Source of the DNA: the human T2T-CHM13v2.0 reference genome, Homo sapiens
DNA: 64,000 nucleotides
Assembly: GCF_009914755.1 (NCBI RefSeq)
Contig: NC_060934.1
Strand: one strand, 5' to 3'
Below are positions 30,760 through 48,786 of this stretch, in pieces; position 1 is the stretch's first letter, and each line of letters begins with the position of its first letter. The translations under genes and the position numbers were made by a program. The notes under the pieces were generated by a model. That model had not been told where the DNA came from. It saw only the letters and a list, made by a program, of their open reading frames with translations, and made no database searches.

Positions 30760-31740
30760 AGATATTATACACAAACATATGATATATTATATAATATATA
30801 TACATATATAATGTACATGTATATTATATATCTATATGATATATAATATATATTTCATTATATATACATATATATTTCATTGCATCAGGACCCAGTTGTG
30901 TCATACATCAGGTGCCTCACATGCTTAAAAACAATCTATATATTTTGTATATTATTTATATATTATATATTACATATTGCATATGTTGCATATATTATGT
31001 ATATTTATATCATGTATAATATATTATACATTATTTTTATATATTATGCATATACAATATATGTATATACATATATACAACTATACATATTACAGATAAT
31101 GTATTATATTGTGATATGTGTATAGTATATATACATATATAATATATAACATATACATATTATATTATAGATAATATATTGTGTTATATACACAGAATAT
31201 ATACATAATATATAATACATTATTTATATAAATATACATAATATATAATATATAATATACATAATATATAATATATGTATGTACATATATACAATATATA
31301 CATATAGAGAATATATTGTATTATACATCATATAGCATATGATGTATAATACAGTAATATATTATTATATAAAAATAGATAATTTATCTATTTATATAAA
31401 ATATATACATATTTATGCCAGAGCTTGCAATTTGTTGAATTTTTGTGTGAGTGAAAAATCAGACCTTGGCAATGACCTTGAGCAGTAGGATATAAATAAC
31501 TCTCACATGCTTAGCATTCCAATAATGGAACACTAGGCATAAATGCATAAGACTAACCCACCTGCTTATGTGGGTTAGTCTTATTGTGTTATTCGTATTA
31601 TAGGGAATCCACTTTTTATGTACAACCATGATTGTATAGTATGTATATATTATATTATATATTATTCTTATAATATAATGTATAATATATATTGTATATG
31701 TATATATTATACATATATTTTATATATATATATATATTAT
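30760..31740. repeat. ~1-kb degenerate (TA)n low-complexity region hosting MER85
   Basis: direct reading. Confidence 0.88.
31408..31547. mobile_element. MER85 (piggyBac PGBD3-derived MITE)
   Basis: TIRs ATTTATGCC / GGCATAAAT; GAAAAATCAGACCTTGGCAATGACCTTGAGCAGTAGGATATAAATAACTC; internal palindrome TTCCAATAATGGAA; 140 bp. Confidence 0.9.
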
Positions 31741-31779
31741 TCTTACAAGGCTATGTGTCTAATTTTATTCCATAACAAT

Positions 31780-31875
31780 GAGAAGTTAACTCCAACACTT
31801 ATTTTACAGGTAAGAAAATGGAACTGAAGTAATTTAGCTCATCAGCAAAGATCACATAATTAGTAACTGAGGCGG
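31780..31875 (-). mobile_element. MIR fragment
   Basis: ATTTTACAGGTAAGAAAAT..AAGATCACATAATTAGTAACTG. Confidence 0.55.
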
Positions 31876-33168
31876 GTAATTTGGCTCGCAAGTTGGTTTG
31901 TTTGTTTCAGAACATCTTGCTTACGTAGTCTGTCCCCTGTGTTTCTCCAGGTAACTACTATGCAGTTTCCTCCTAGTTTATGACCCTCCAGAGAATGCCC
32001 TTTAGCGCTGTAGAGCCCCAGTGTAGAATGCAATTGCATGATACTCTAAAGAGCTTTGCTTGCAGAAAATCATCTTTCTCTATTCTATGTTTTGTGTCCT
32101 TATATTTCATTCAAATACAGTATCTGACATAGTTATTAAGACAAAACTCCTTAAGCTGAATCATACTAGGTGTGGATAATGTGTTACTATTCTTCTGACA
32201 GGGAATTCATTTTTTATATACAACTATTATTGGAGAATTTTGGACAAATGCTTAAGGCAGAAGGGCCCTCAATTTGTATGGTTGCATTTTTCTTCATGTG
32301 TTAAAATTGTTCTTTCTCCACATTTTAACTGGTGGGTACTTGAGTCACTCATTTTGATGGGCCTCAAAGGAGAGCCAGGGGAGGGACTTGTGCTGGAGAC
32401 TGAATCTAAGAAAGTCTAGTGAGGTAGAAGCTACAGTGTTAGTTTTTTGAGGACATCAAAAAACTGAGTTGGAGCAGGGCAAGTCTCACCCAGGTTACAA
32501 GTTCAAAAGGCATAAGCAGACTTGAAAATAGGGAAAACAGAGTGGGTAGAAATAGAAAAGAATAATAGCATGGTTTTAAACACTGTTAGCAGCTTCCTAG
32601 GGAGTTTCTGAGACAGGAGTGGGAATATCGACGACTTGCATTTATTAGTTAGTTTGCATTTGTTGAAAGAAGGTTAAGAATATAGCATATGGCTTGTATA
32701 GAGCCTGCTAAATGCTGTAATGAAATATATATATTCCAAGTGGGATTTAAAAAATTTGATTAAAACTAGAGATTCTAGTGATCTTAGGAAACTCTTTCCC
32801 TAATATCAATGTATCCATCGTACATTCTTAGACAAAAAGTGAGTTAGCTTTGGCATATTTAGACAAAGAGTAACAAAGATAGGGTGAATTGAGTAGAGAA
32901 AATAAAAGCAATGTACTCCAATATTTAGATTTGTGTTTTTCAAAGATTATTTCTCTATGAATTATTTGTGTGTCTGTTGATGGCGAATGTGTTATTGGAA
33001 GCACTGGGATTTCTTTCATGATGGTTTCTTTTCTAAAAAGGTAAAATACAACCATCAGCCATGGAGACCATCTTCACCTCTCCATTAAAGTGATAAAGTC
33101 ATATTAGACTGATGGTAAGGTTTTTACTTGACAGGAATGAAATTCTGTAATTTCTTTTATATTTTCAG

Positions 33169-33245
33169 GAGAGAGATACAAATCATATTAAAAGCCCAGA
33201 GAAAAGAGTCACTATCATCCACCTACATGAACAGAGCATTCTCAG
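33169..33245 (+). other. candidate spliced exon (77 bp)
   Basis: TTTCTTTTATATTTTCAG|G acceptor, CAG|GTAAAA donor. Confidence 0.25.
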
Positions 33246-34381
33246 GTAAAATCAGTGTAAGTTTCCAAACAAAAGATATTGACCAAAAGCAGTGATAAGT
33301 TTCTTTATGTCTAGAAAGCAATTATGACTTTCATTTGAATGGCATGTTGTCATAAATCATTCTTTGTGTTTGTCCAGGATGCCCCAAGAGCCATACATTA
33401 ATTTTGGTCTTAGCCCAGGACAACTGCACATGCAAGTGTTGAACACATGCCAATAGTTTAATACAAAAATCGATGTGTGTTTTTCATAGAAAATATCAGA
33501 CACATTAGCCAAATCTTTTGCAGAAGTATATATTCTTTTGCAGATTCTTCATTACTTATTAAATCTCCTGTGTTAGCCAGAAGCAAAAGGGAGTAGGAGT
33601 TTAGACAACTTTGGCTGCAAGATTTTCCCACAGGGGCATTCATGAGACTGGGAAGCAATTGAACTTTAACAAAAAGAAAATAATTTTATTGTCTAAGATG
33701 GAACCCAGTGTTCCTTAGAAATTTTAAGGGGAAAGAAATAGATGTGGGAGAGAGGATTCAGAGATTCATTGAACAGGGGTGGCGGGGCGGGGAGGGAGAC
33801 AATAAACAAGGAAAATGCAGAAAGTAAGAAAAAGATGAAGGAAAAGGCACACAAATATCTAGAAATATATTACACTTAATATTTCATCTGGACCACCATT
33901 TTCCTCCATTTATTCATTTTTCCTTATTATTTGATCAGATTATCATTTTCTTCTTACCTACTGGAGTCACTATCTAGTTATGGCTCATTTGGAGTGAACA
34001 GTAAACAGATCTTAATTCTGCCATTTTGTAAAGACCTTAGTCCCTTGAATCTAACCTTCTTCTTACAAAGTCAGTATATATATCCATTTTCGTAGACTGG
34101 AGTAAAGCCAGCCTACATTCTCACACATGGAATTTAAGGAAAGAAAGAGTTTCATGAGAAAAGAAATAATCAACACAGCCCAGAGGTCAAGTAAGTCAAG
34201 AAGAAAAATACCCACTGCAGTATCTAGATGGTTAAGAATGGAAAACGTTTACCAAATTATTTCAACAGATTTAGTGAGTTTAGAAGCCTTATTTAGTGAA
34301 TTGAAAGTTTATTAAAATTTTGTACACCCAAAACCAAACAAATATCATTAAAAAACAAACGAATTAAAAAATATTTTGTCA

Positions 34382-34722
<341 letters not shown>

Positions 34723-34762
34723 TTAGCAGCAGAAGATATCTGAGTCATGTGGCACCAATGTA

Positions 34763-35464
34763 TGTTTGTGGTGGTGAATCCCTACGGGTCTGCATGCAGC
34801 CTCAATTCTTGCCCCCTCGGAAGAAGGAATTTGACTGAGGGGCATAAGGCAGAGAGATTGAGGCAAGTTTTACAGCAAGAGTCAAAGTTTACTAAAAAGC
34901 TTTAGAGCAGAAATGAAAGGGAGTAAAGTACACTTGGAAGTGAACCAAGAGGGCAACTTGAGAGAGCAAGTGCCCAGTTTGACCTTCTGACTTGGGGTTT
35001 TATAGGCACGCTTCCAGGGTCTTGCATCCCTTTTCCCCTGATTCTTTCCTTGGGTTGGGCTCTCTGCATGCGCAGTGGCCTGCTAGCCCTCAGGAGGTGA
35101 ACATGCCCAGTGTGTTTACTGGAGTTGTACGCATACTCACTTAAGGCTTTCTTCCCTTCCCAGCTGAATGTTCCTAGCAGCTCATATACAAGTTAAACTC
35201 CACCATTTTCTCTCTTAATGCACATAGTTGAGCCCACCTTCCCAACTCCTGAATCTTCTCAGGAAGCTGCTTATCACTAGCTTCAGGTGTTTTCTATTTG
35301 CTGGGGGCCTGCCTTTCCCTGGCACTGGCTGTGACCAATTATTATTTTAGAGAGACAATTAACAACTGCCTGACCATCACCAGATCATCTCCTGACATTC
35401 CTGGTGTGGCAAGGGGGAGCCATCTCCGGCCCTGATTATGCCTGACTAGCTACATACTATAATA
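34763..35464 (-). mobile_element. MER50-like solo LTR (ERV1)
   Basis: GAATTTGACTGAGGGGCATAAGGCAGA..GACCAATTATTATTTTAGAGAGACA..CCTGACATTCCTGGTG. Confidence 0.8.
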
Positions 35465-36074
35465 TATCCATATGTCTTTCATGATTCGATGAGATAAAAG
35501 AGAAGGGAATTTAAAATTTTTCTAAGAAGAATTAGGAAAAATGAAAAAATGCACAGGTTTATTTTTGCAGGACTGAGAGACAGTTATGGAAATCAAAAGG
35601 TGTTTGTATCTGTTAATCATTAATAGATTGCTTCTATTCAGACAAATAGGTCTACAGATGAAACACTATATAAACGTATAAAAGATTAAAGATATTAATT
35701 TAATTAACATTTTATTAATCAAATTAATATTAATATAATGTAAAGTTTTCTGAGTTGCTCACATGTAACAATTTATTGAAGACCTGTTGGTTTTAGATAC
35801 TGTTATGCTAAATCATTCTTGTGACAACATCATACAATTTTGTTTTCCGAGAAAAATGTGGTTCATTTTTTCTACATGGGAATGACAGTATTTTATTGCT
35901 TGGTTTGCCATTAAACATGCTTTCTTAATGGGCTATCAACTTCCCATTCAGTCTAGGTAGATTTAATTTTCAGTGCCCTCAGCACTCTAATATTCTGACT
36001 TTTCTTCAAAGGAAACAGGAGCAAATATTGCATTCTCAATATGCCTTGCACTTTGATCAAAATCTTTCAACCTG

Positions 36075-36845
<771 letters not shown>

Positions 36846-37093
36846 CTTGCTGAAGATAGAATTGCTTCCTCCTACTCCCCTGGTTTCTGTAAGTATGGAC
36901 TTTTCCATTTTGCCATTTTCTTTCTTCAACCTGTGGAAAAGGAACATGTTACATGATTGATGACAATAGAGATTAGTGCCAGTTTCCTATTTAAGTGGAC
37001 TTCAGCTATCAAAAGTCATAAGCATGGGGTTTTGAGAATGTCTCTTCTTCTTACAGACTAAATCAGAAAGGTAATGATCTTGGTTAGTAGGCT

Positions 37094-37468
37094 TGTGTCT
37101 TAATCAGCTCAGACTACTATAAGGTGCCACAGACTGGGTGACTTACTAAACAACATGAATTTATCTCTCACTCTTCTGGATGCTGGAAGTCCCAAGATCA
37201 GGGTGCCAGCCTGGTTATGGTCAGGTTCTGGTAAGGGCTGTCATCAGGTTGCAGGTGGTCACGTTCTTGTTATACCCTCACAAGCAGGAAAGAGGACCAG
37301 GTAGTTCTCCGGGGTCTCTATCATATAGATACTAATCCCATTCACAAAGGCTCCACCCTCATGACCTGATCATTGCTCAAAGACCTCACCTCCTAATACC
37401 ATTACATTAGGGGTTAGGATTTCCACACAGGAATTTGGGAGGAGGACACAAACATTCAGTCCATCACA
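37094..37468 (-). mobile_element. MLT1A0-like solo LTR
   Basis: TGTCTTAATC..CCACAGACTGGGTGACTTA..AAACATTCAGTCCATCACA. Confidence 0.85.
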
Positions 37469-38769
37469 ATCTACAAACTCCAAATTTCCTTGGTGCAAGC
37501 ATTCAGTGACTGCTAACTGGAGGGTAAGGGTGTCTTTAAACCTAGAATTCATAAGCAAGTATAGAAGTGTTTTTGGATTCTATCTGCCTAATCATTTGGA
37601 TGTAGGGAAGATTTTGAGATACATATAAGCACCAGCAATGGGTCCCCCTATTTCATTTTGTTCTATTTTCTGACATTTTTAAAAAAAAGAGAGAAAGAGA
37701 GATGACTTCATCTTTCTCTGCTTCACAGAACAGCCAATTCTGACCATTATAAATCCTGTTGGGTTCATAAGAAGTTTCAGCTTTGTTGAATAAGCTCTGT
37801 TATTCATTTTTTCTCCCAAATGCTTTGATTTTTAAAAATGTGTTCTCACTTTTTTATTCTTTGTAATTTTATTTATAAATTTTGCATTTTCAGTGTGTGG
37901 GTGTATGCAAATGAGCTTAATGTGCTTCTTAATTTTCACACTGTTTGCTGCTGTGTTCCTGCTAGGCTGCTAAAACCAGCTTGGGAAAATGTCATTGCTG
38001 TTACCTGGGTATTAAGGAAATTATTATTTTTGTCATTCGCTTGTAAGAAAAATAGTCATGTTTTAACAAAACAATAACATGTCTTGTGTTATTTGACTTT
38101 GGACCACTGGGTTAGCATGGATGTGCCCAGAGGAACACCAAGCCCATGAGTCCAGCGATGCTCCAGGGACCAGGCAGTGGGGTCTGTGTGTGTGGATAAA
38201 AATGTCAAGCCCATGACAGGCATCTTCATATGAGAACAGATTTATTTACTTTGTCTGAGACTTGAGGACATTTTTGTTCTTTCTCATAGTTAATCCCTTT
38301 AATATTGATTGGTTGGATTGATTGATCCAGTTTCTGGAAATATATCTAATGACGTATGGAATGATGAGGCAAACAACAAAGGGACGATGTTTTATTTCCT
38401 TGTCAGGCTAATTTGAGAGTTCTCTCTTAAGTGAGGGGAGTGCTTACAAGTGATGCCAAAGGTGTAAGTTGCCGGTGAATTTTGCTGGATGATTATGGGA
38501 GCATGTTCCTAATGTTCTCACAGTTTTTTTTTCCCCCAGAAACCAAACAAAAAGAAATAATGAGGGAAGCAAAAGTATATTTTTAGTGAGACTCTGAGTT
38601 GGAGAAAATCTACAAATTTCAAATAATATATGACTACTGCCAAAACCTCTGAGGCCAGAAAACCCCATGTGGGAAGCAGTGACAGTCCTGCCAGGAAGGA
38701 GTGGGAGTCATGAGGGGGTGTAGAGGGTGCAAATTTGTTTGTTTCTTGGAACAAATGCTTAACTAGAGC

Positions 38770-38905
38770 TTATTATGTTCCTGGGATTTTTCTAAGTGAC
38801 TTACAAAGATGACCTCATTTAAACCTCATAACAACCCTATCAGGTACTATCTTATCTACATATTACAGGTAAACAAAGCGTGAAGTACAGAGAGTCAATG
38901 GCGAT
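38770..38905 (-). mobile_element. MIR fragment
   Basis: CTCATTTAAACCTCATAACAACCCTATCAGGTACTAT. Confidence 0.7.
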
Positions 38906-39119
38906 CACAGAGACTGACAATGAAGATTCCCTTTAAATGAGAGGGCACATGGACAAAACCAATGGCTGTGGAGCGAGAAAAGATATAGAAAGTGCCCAGA
39001 AAAACCCAGAGTTGTGCCTGCAGAAAGTACACTTCGTAAGGATATGCAAGTTACCTAGGTAAACAGTTACTGTGCCTGGGTAGCAAGGGCTACAGAATCC
39101 TTGTGGCTGTACCAGCTGT

Positions 39120-39236
39120 CAAAGTTCTCCTGAGTCTGGTAGGTTCTGGGAGTCGGAAGAGATGAGGAAGTTACACAAAGTTCTCCTGAGTCTGGTAGGT
39201 TCTGGGAGTCAGAAGAGATGAGGAAGTTACACAAAG
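39120..39236. repeat. 56-bp tandem duplication
   Basis: units 39120-39175 and 39176-39231, one mismatch, CAAAG microhomology. Confidence 0.97.
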
Positions 39237-40319
39237 CAGGTGCAACTATGAGTGGAGAGTCCCTTGCTGTAGCAACAAATTCCTGACCCCTGTCTTCTCC
39301 AAAGGACGTGTCTGCTAATAGTTTTCTAAAAATCCAGTTCATTCAGAATTAAGTAGTGAAAGAAGAAAAAAATAAGCACAGTACAATAAAATTGTAAAAG
39401 AAAAGTTAAATTGAGCTCAAAAACTCTAAATCTACTATCAGTAGACACACAATAGATGAATATTGTTACCAAAATTTCAGTATGAAGTAAAGAAAAAAAC
39501 TTTAATGAAGCAATCAAACATATACATAAAAGAACAAAAGTTAAAGACCAGATAACAAGAAAAAGGAGAAAACCAAAAACCAAAAACCAAACCAAAACAA
39601 AACAAAAACCTCAGGAAAGGAATTAAAAAAATAACAGTTTACAAATAAAGATGAAATAACAAGCATAGAATGGAATAGATATCATAGGTGTATATAGTGA
39701 GTAAAGGAACAAACGAAGGAAACATAACAACAAAAAAAAAGAACTAGAGAAAGTGTGTATAGATAACGAGCACCCAAAGGAGGAATTCTCCCCCAATTGT
39801 AGTTTAAATTGTATTTAAACTACAAAAACTTACAAAAGGAGGTTGATAAGCAAAATTAAAAGCCAGTTTGTAAAATTTGAAGCAAAATTGAATGACAAAT
39901 ATTGGAACGATACCTATAAGAAAATCAAGGAAATAAATGGTAAGTCAAAGTTTTATTTTCAGACAAAATTTTAGTTAAATTTAATTATACTGTCTAACAG
40001 ATTTGAATTTTAACAACTCTGTGACTATTCTTCCACTGAGCTCATTGTGAGAAAACACCAGAGGAGAAATTCCTACCAACCAAGAACCGACAGAGAAAAC
40101 TACAGCAAAGACCCAGTGGTGGGAGCTGAGTATATTTAACTGTAGGTCAATACAAAAATAGAAACCAGAGCCAAATAATCAGAATGAAAATAAGTGTTGT
40201 AAACTACAAGAATGTAGAAATGATAGAAGTAACAAAATCATGACAACAGGAGAGAAGATACAAAGTAAAATAAGCCCAGTATTACCTTAATTCTAGTAGC
40301 TACAATTAAAATATTTAAT

Positions 40320-42000
<1,681 letters not shown>

Positions 42001-43293
42001 TTTATATCAATAAATAATTATTTATTGAGTGCTTTGTAGGTTCTTGGCACTATTTCTAGGATTGCAACTCATATACAGTGACTATTAAACATTATCCCTA
42101 TCTTTAAGGATCTCACAGTCTTACTGGGAAATAAGACACATACACTGAAAGCAGTGCATTGCAAATATTACTGCATAAATTATCAGATGTTACTGGATTT
42201 GGAGTGCTTAGCATTTATTTATGAATCCCAAGAGATAGCAAAACATTCTTCCTTGTCAGTGAAGGTTAGGAGAAGGGAAACAGTAACCGCTGTTATTGGT
42301 ATTGTTCTTTTTTTTTTCTAGATTCATGTAACCATTACCAGCAATAGATGTAGGAGAGTGCAAGCCACTGTATTTTCTTTCTTTGTGCTAAAAATCATCT
42401 CTACCATCAGCATTAAAAGAATAAGAAAATAAAATTAAATAAGATTCAAATAAATTAAGTAAAATAAAATAGAGTGGTTGCCTTTGTCTGCTGATCCCAA
42501 GTGCGGCCCACGAGTCCCTCTAGCCTCCCACTGCGAAGTGTTGAGTCAGTCCTGACCGGGGAATAATGTGAATCAGCTGCTTCACCTTCTGCAGGTAATT
42601 GATCTTGCTGTCAGTTTTGTGAGTGTGCATTAAGACCCAGCCTGCAGTGTACAAATGCATCTGCTAGGTTGCAGCCATTCAACTCCTTTAGTGTTTTAGC
42701 TGAACCCATTTCACTGGGCGTCTACTTTGTCTCATCTGCCCAGAACTAAAGTCTCTCCCTAGACCTTGAGCCTCCTCTGAATCCTAACTTGCTCTGTACC
42801 ATCATTCCCTCCCTTCTTTTGGCAGGGGTTGGGGGGCTTTTTCCAAAAGAAAGGGATTATGAAAGATGCAATTTGCCTTTGTCTAAAATTTTCACACATT
42901 CTGATAATTTATGTCATGGTGATGATAGGGTAGAATCAGAATCATTTGAATTCAAGGTTATCTTAACAAGGCTAGTATGTATATTGTTAATTGTGGTTTC
43001 CCCAACAATATCTCAACAACTGGACAAATCACTCTGAACACGCATGCTCATTTTGAAGTTTTTATAACTTTATTTATGATTTTTAAAAGTCCTCATAGGA
43101 AACAAAATTTCCCAATTAGAGAAAACTCTTTTATATACTCAAAGAACATCTTAGCGGACCTGAGACCCCAATTTCTCATACTCCAATTCCCCACAGGGTA
43201 ACATAATGAGGGTCAGATGTCCCTGTACCCAAACCATAAAATTATGAGACCCAGAAGCCATGAAGAGCACCTGGCACATCTGTCTTTTCTCCA

Positions 43294-43295
<2 letters not shown>

Positions 43296-43333
<38 letters not shown>
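43296..43333. repeat. (GA)n microsatellite
   Basis: direct reading. Confidence 0.97.
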
Positions 43334-43338
<5 letters not shown>

Positions 43339-43407
43339 GCTTTGCAATGTAAATAGATGCTTTCTGGGACAGTAGAGGAGACCTTAGAGATAAGCCTTTA
43401 TGTTCTT

Positions 43408-43672
43408 TCTTTTCTTTTTTTTTTTGATGGAGTCTTGCTCTGTCGCCCAGGCTGGAGTGCAGTGGCTATGATCTCAGCTCACTGCAACCTCCGCCTCCTG
43501 GGTTCAAGCAATTCTTCTGCCTCAGCCTCCTGAGTAGATGGGACTACAGGTGCATGCCACCATGTCTGGCTAATTTTTGTATTTTTAGTAAAGACAGGGT
43601 TTTACCATATTGGCCAGGCTGGTCTCGAACTCCTGACTCTGTGATCTGCTCGCCTTGGCCTCCCAAAGTGCC
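43408..43672 (-). mobile_element. Alu (AluS), 5'-truncated
   Basis: TSD GCCTTTWTGTTCTTT. Confidence 0.92.
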
Positions 43673-43774
43673 GGGGCCTTTTTGTTCTTTTGAGGCAATC
43701 TATTACATCTAACTTCCATGGCATATTTATCATTCAATTATCCTTTTACCAAGGTTTTGTTTTGTCTTGTTTCC

Positions 43775-43906
43775 TTTTTTTTTTTATTTTTATTTTACTT
43801 TAAGTTCTAGGGTACATGTGCATAATGTGAAGGCTTGTTACACAGGTATACATGTGCCATGTTGATTTGCTACACCCATTAACTCGTCATTTGCATTAGG
43901 TATTTC
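43775..43906 (-). mobile_element. L1PA 3' end fragment
   Basis: TACTTTAAGTTCTAGGGTACATGTGCA..CCCATTAACTCGTCATTT. Confidence 0.9.
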
Positions 43907-43988
43907 CTTTCAAAGAAAACAAGATGGGAAATATTCAGGGAATATCATTTCTTCTCAACAACATCAAGGTCAAACTGATTTGCATGTA

Positions 43989-44208
43989 CAGCTAGTCCCT
44001 GGCTTACAATGGCTTGGCTTAAGATTTTCCAACTTTATAACTGTGTGAAGTAGAAACACACATTCAGTGAAAATCATACTTCTCTAATGGTGCTTGGCAG
44101 TGGCAGTGAGCCACAGGTCCCAGTCAGCCACTCCTTTCGACTTAGGATATTTTCAATTTATGATGGGTTTATCAGGACATAACCCCTTCATGCACCATAG
44201 AGCATCTG
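43989..44208 (-). mobile_element. Tigger4-family MITE
   Basis: GATGGGTTTATCAGGACATAACCCC..AGCATCTG end; TA TSDs. Confidence 0.78.
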
Positions 44209-44675
44209 TACTCCCCAAACTGCCAGCATTACATCTCTCCTACTGTCTTGGACATCCTTCCTTATCTACCAACTTATATATCACCTGTCAGTCATTACTA
44301 CTCTCTTTGCATAATTTGCATTATGCAAATGCACATGGTTTCTATGCTTTCTTCATCTCTCCCATGTCTTAACTGTCCGGTCTGAGTTCCCTCTCTCTTT
44401 ATCTAGTATCCAGCACTGGTCTCATCAGGGTAGATTTCTCAAAGTCCAGAGTGTCTCATCCTCAAAGCTACCAGGGTTAAAATATGCAAGCCTTCAGACA
44501 GGCCCTCAAAACCACATATCTAACATGGAATGCCAAAGAATTATGAAGGGAATGGAGGAAAAACAAAAGAAAGCTTTCATAAGGCTATAACCTAAATTAC
44601 ATGTAAATGGGCGCAATGGCTGGGCATGGTGGGTGGTGGCTCATACCTGTAATCCTAGCACTTTGGGAGGCTGAG

Positions 44676-46643
<1,968 letters not shown>

Positions 46644-48457
46644 ATAGGTAAACTGAAAAGTAAAGCAAGTTATCATATTTGGTTAATTGTGGACAAAGTA
46701 TATTGTGTGGCTCACTGGAAGACTATAATAGCATTTGTAATATTTTTATGTGGACAAATGTTGAGTTTTGGTTTCCAAACAACATTAAATATACTGTAGA
46801 ATGCAATGTTATTGGATTTTTGGGACTTGTAATTTATATAAGCTTAGAAACCACAGCAATTAATTTTCTAATATGAAGAAGTAGTAAGAGGAAAATGCCA
46901 CATCATATTAGTGTCTGGATAAGTCTTCTTGTCATTAAATACATACATACCAGCATGCATAAGTGTAATTTATTTATGAAATTAGAAAATGCAAACCTGG
47001 CAGAAAGCTAACAAAACAGTGAAAGCTACTGTCTCCTATTTCAAACTCACATACAGCATCTGTTTCTTGCCTTCATTCTCTCTTTTTCTACATCTAAATG
47101 TGTGTGTGTAAATTATTTTACATACTATTTGGTACTTTAAAAAAATTACACGTGTGTGTGTGTGTGTTTGAGCGGAGTACTTTTATATCAACTGTACCTT
47201 GTTACACATTTCTTTTTAAGTGGATACAGGGGTAATATTAATGCAATATAATTTCATTATGGTTTATATCATAATTTATATAACAAAAGAACTATTGGTG
47301 AATATATCAGTTGTTTTCTTATTTTTTACAGTATGTTTACAATCAATATCTTTATACTTTGATAGAGGCATTAGTTGAAATTTTCAGCAATAAGATTTTC
47401 AGGTAAAGTGGCAATTGCATTTTATAATGTTCACATATTTTTTCAGATTTTCCTCCATAGTATGCAGCAATAGTTACATATTTTCCCAAACACTCACAAA
47501 AAACCATGGAGAAGTTAGACAACAGGACTTGATGAGGGACAAATGGCCTTGGATATGGGTGATACTGAGGCCTTTAAGGAAGATATGAACATGATACAAT
47601 AATTAAATGTTTATGCACATGACTGCCTACTCATAATCACAAATGGAATATCAAACTTTAAATATTAAAAAAGTAATTGTTAACACAAGGGAGGAGATTG
47701 AAAAGATTTCACATTTTACACTACTGTAGTGCTTAATTTTTTAGGTGTGTATGCAGTAATCTTACCCTATAAAAATAATTATAGTGATGTAAAAATACGC
47801 ACTAAAAAAGGCAAGAAAATGTAACAATATGAAAGACAATTTTGAACAGCTGCATCATCAATAGAAGGGCAGATCAGAAAACAAAACTATTCTTTATGAA
47901 GAAAAATTGGCTTAATTGGGTAGAATAAATAATAAGAGACAATATTTAATTTAAAAAAAATTAAAAGTTGCATAGCTATGCAGATTCAAAGGGCTTCTTA
48001 TGTCCAGAAAATTCCAGTCAGGAGAAACACACTCAAATTGTTTTTAATTACAGAGAGAAAGTAAAAATCCTACTGGCATCCAGTAGATATAAAACAAACA
48101 AATAAAAATAATGAAAATCTAAAGCAATAAAGATCCTATGAAGGAATGCAAACTAGCCTACTTCACATTTCTCCTTTGCACCTTTTTATGTAGATTATAC
48201 CAACTTTTGCATAATTCTTTAGGAATAACAGTATTTTTTCTTAGGCAACTAAAATTCTTAGTTGAACAAGGACAGTACAAACACAATTCAAGGTTAGTTT
48301 CTTTTCTATAAGTATCTGTTTATGATTCAAAGTTAATAAGAAAAAATACAATTTAAGTCGAAGGATAGGATACAGTGGCTGTGAAGCAAATGGTAATAAG
48401 CACGGAGTTCACCTAAGAAAAATGTTAAGTATAAATAATTACTGAAGAATCTACTTT

Positions 48458-48600
48458 AGCTAATGGATGCTGGGCTTAATACCTGGATGATGGGATGATC
48501 TGTGCAACAAACCACCATGGCACATGTTTATATAAGTAATAAACCTTCACATCCTGCACATGTACCCTTGAAATTAAACAAAAGTTTGAAATAAAAATAT
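48458..48600 (+). mobile_element. L1PA (older, PA13-16-like) 3' end
   Basis: GCTGGGCTTAATACCTGG..AACCACCATGGCACATG..CCTGCACATGTACCC. Confidence 0.85.
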
Positions 48601-48786
48601 ATTTTAATACAAAATATAAACAGTAAAACTTCCTGGTAAAATTTAAAAAGGATATTGTAAAAATTACCATTTGTAAAAATTTTATCTTGAATTTTCAAAT
48701 GATATTGGCAAGGGCAATGTTGCAGGATGCTTGAAAAGAAAGAAACAAAATACAGTACATTTCTCCTCTTCAAAATGGAAAACTTA

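Noticed and set aside
30880-31827. Tyr/Ile-rich ORFs
   Set aside because: Low-complexity (TA)n translations.
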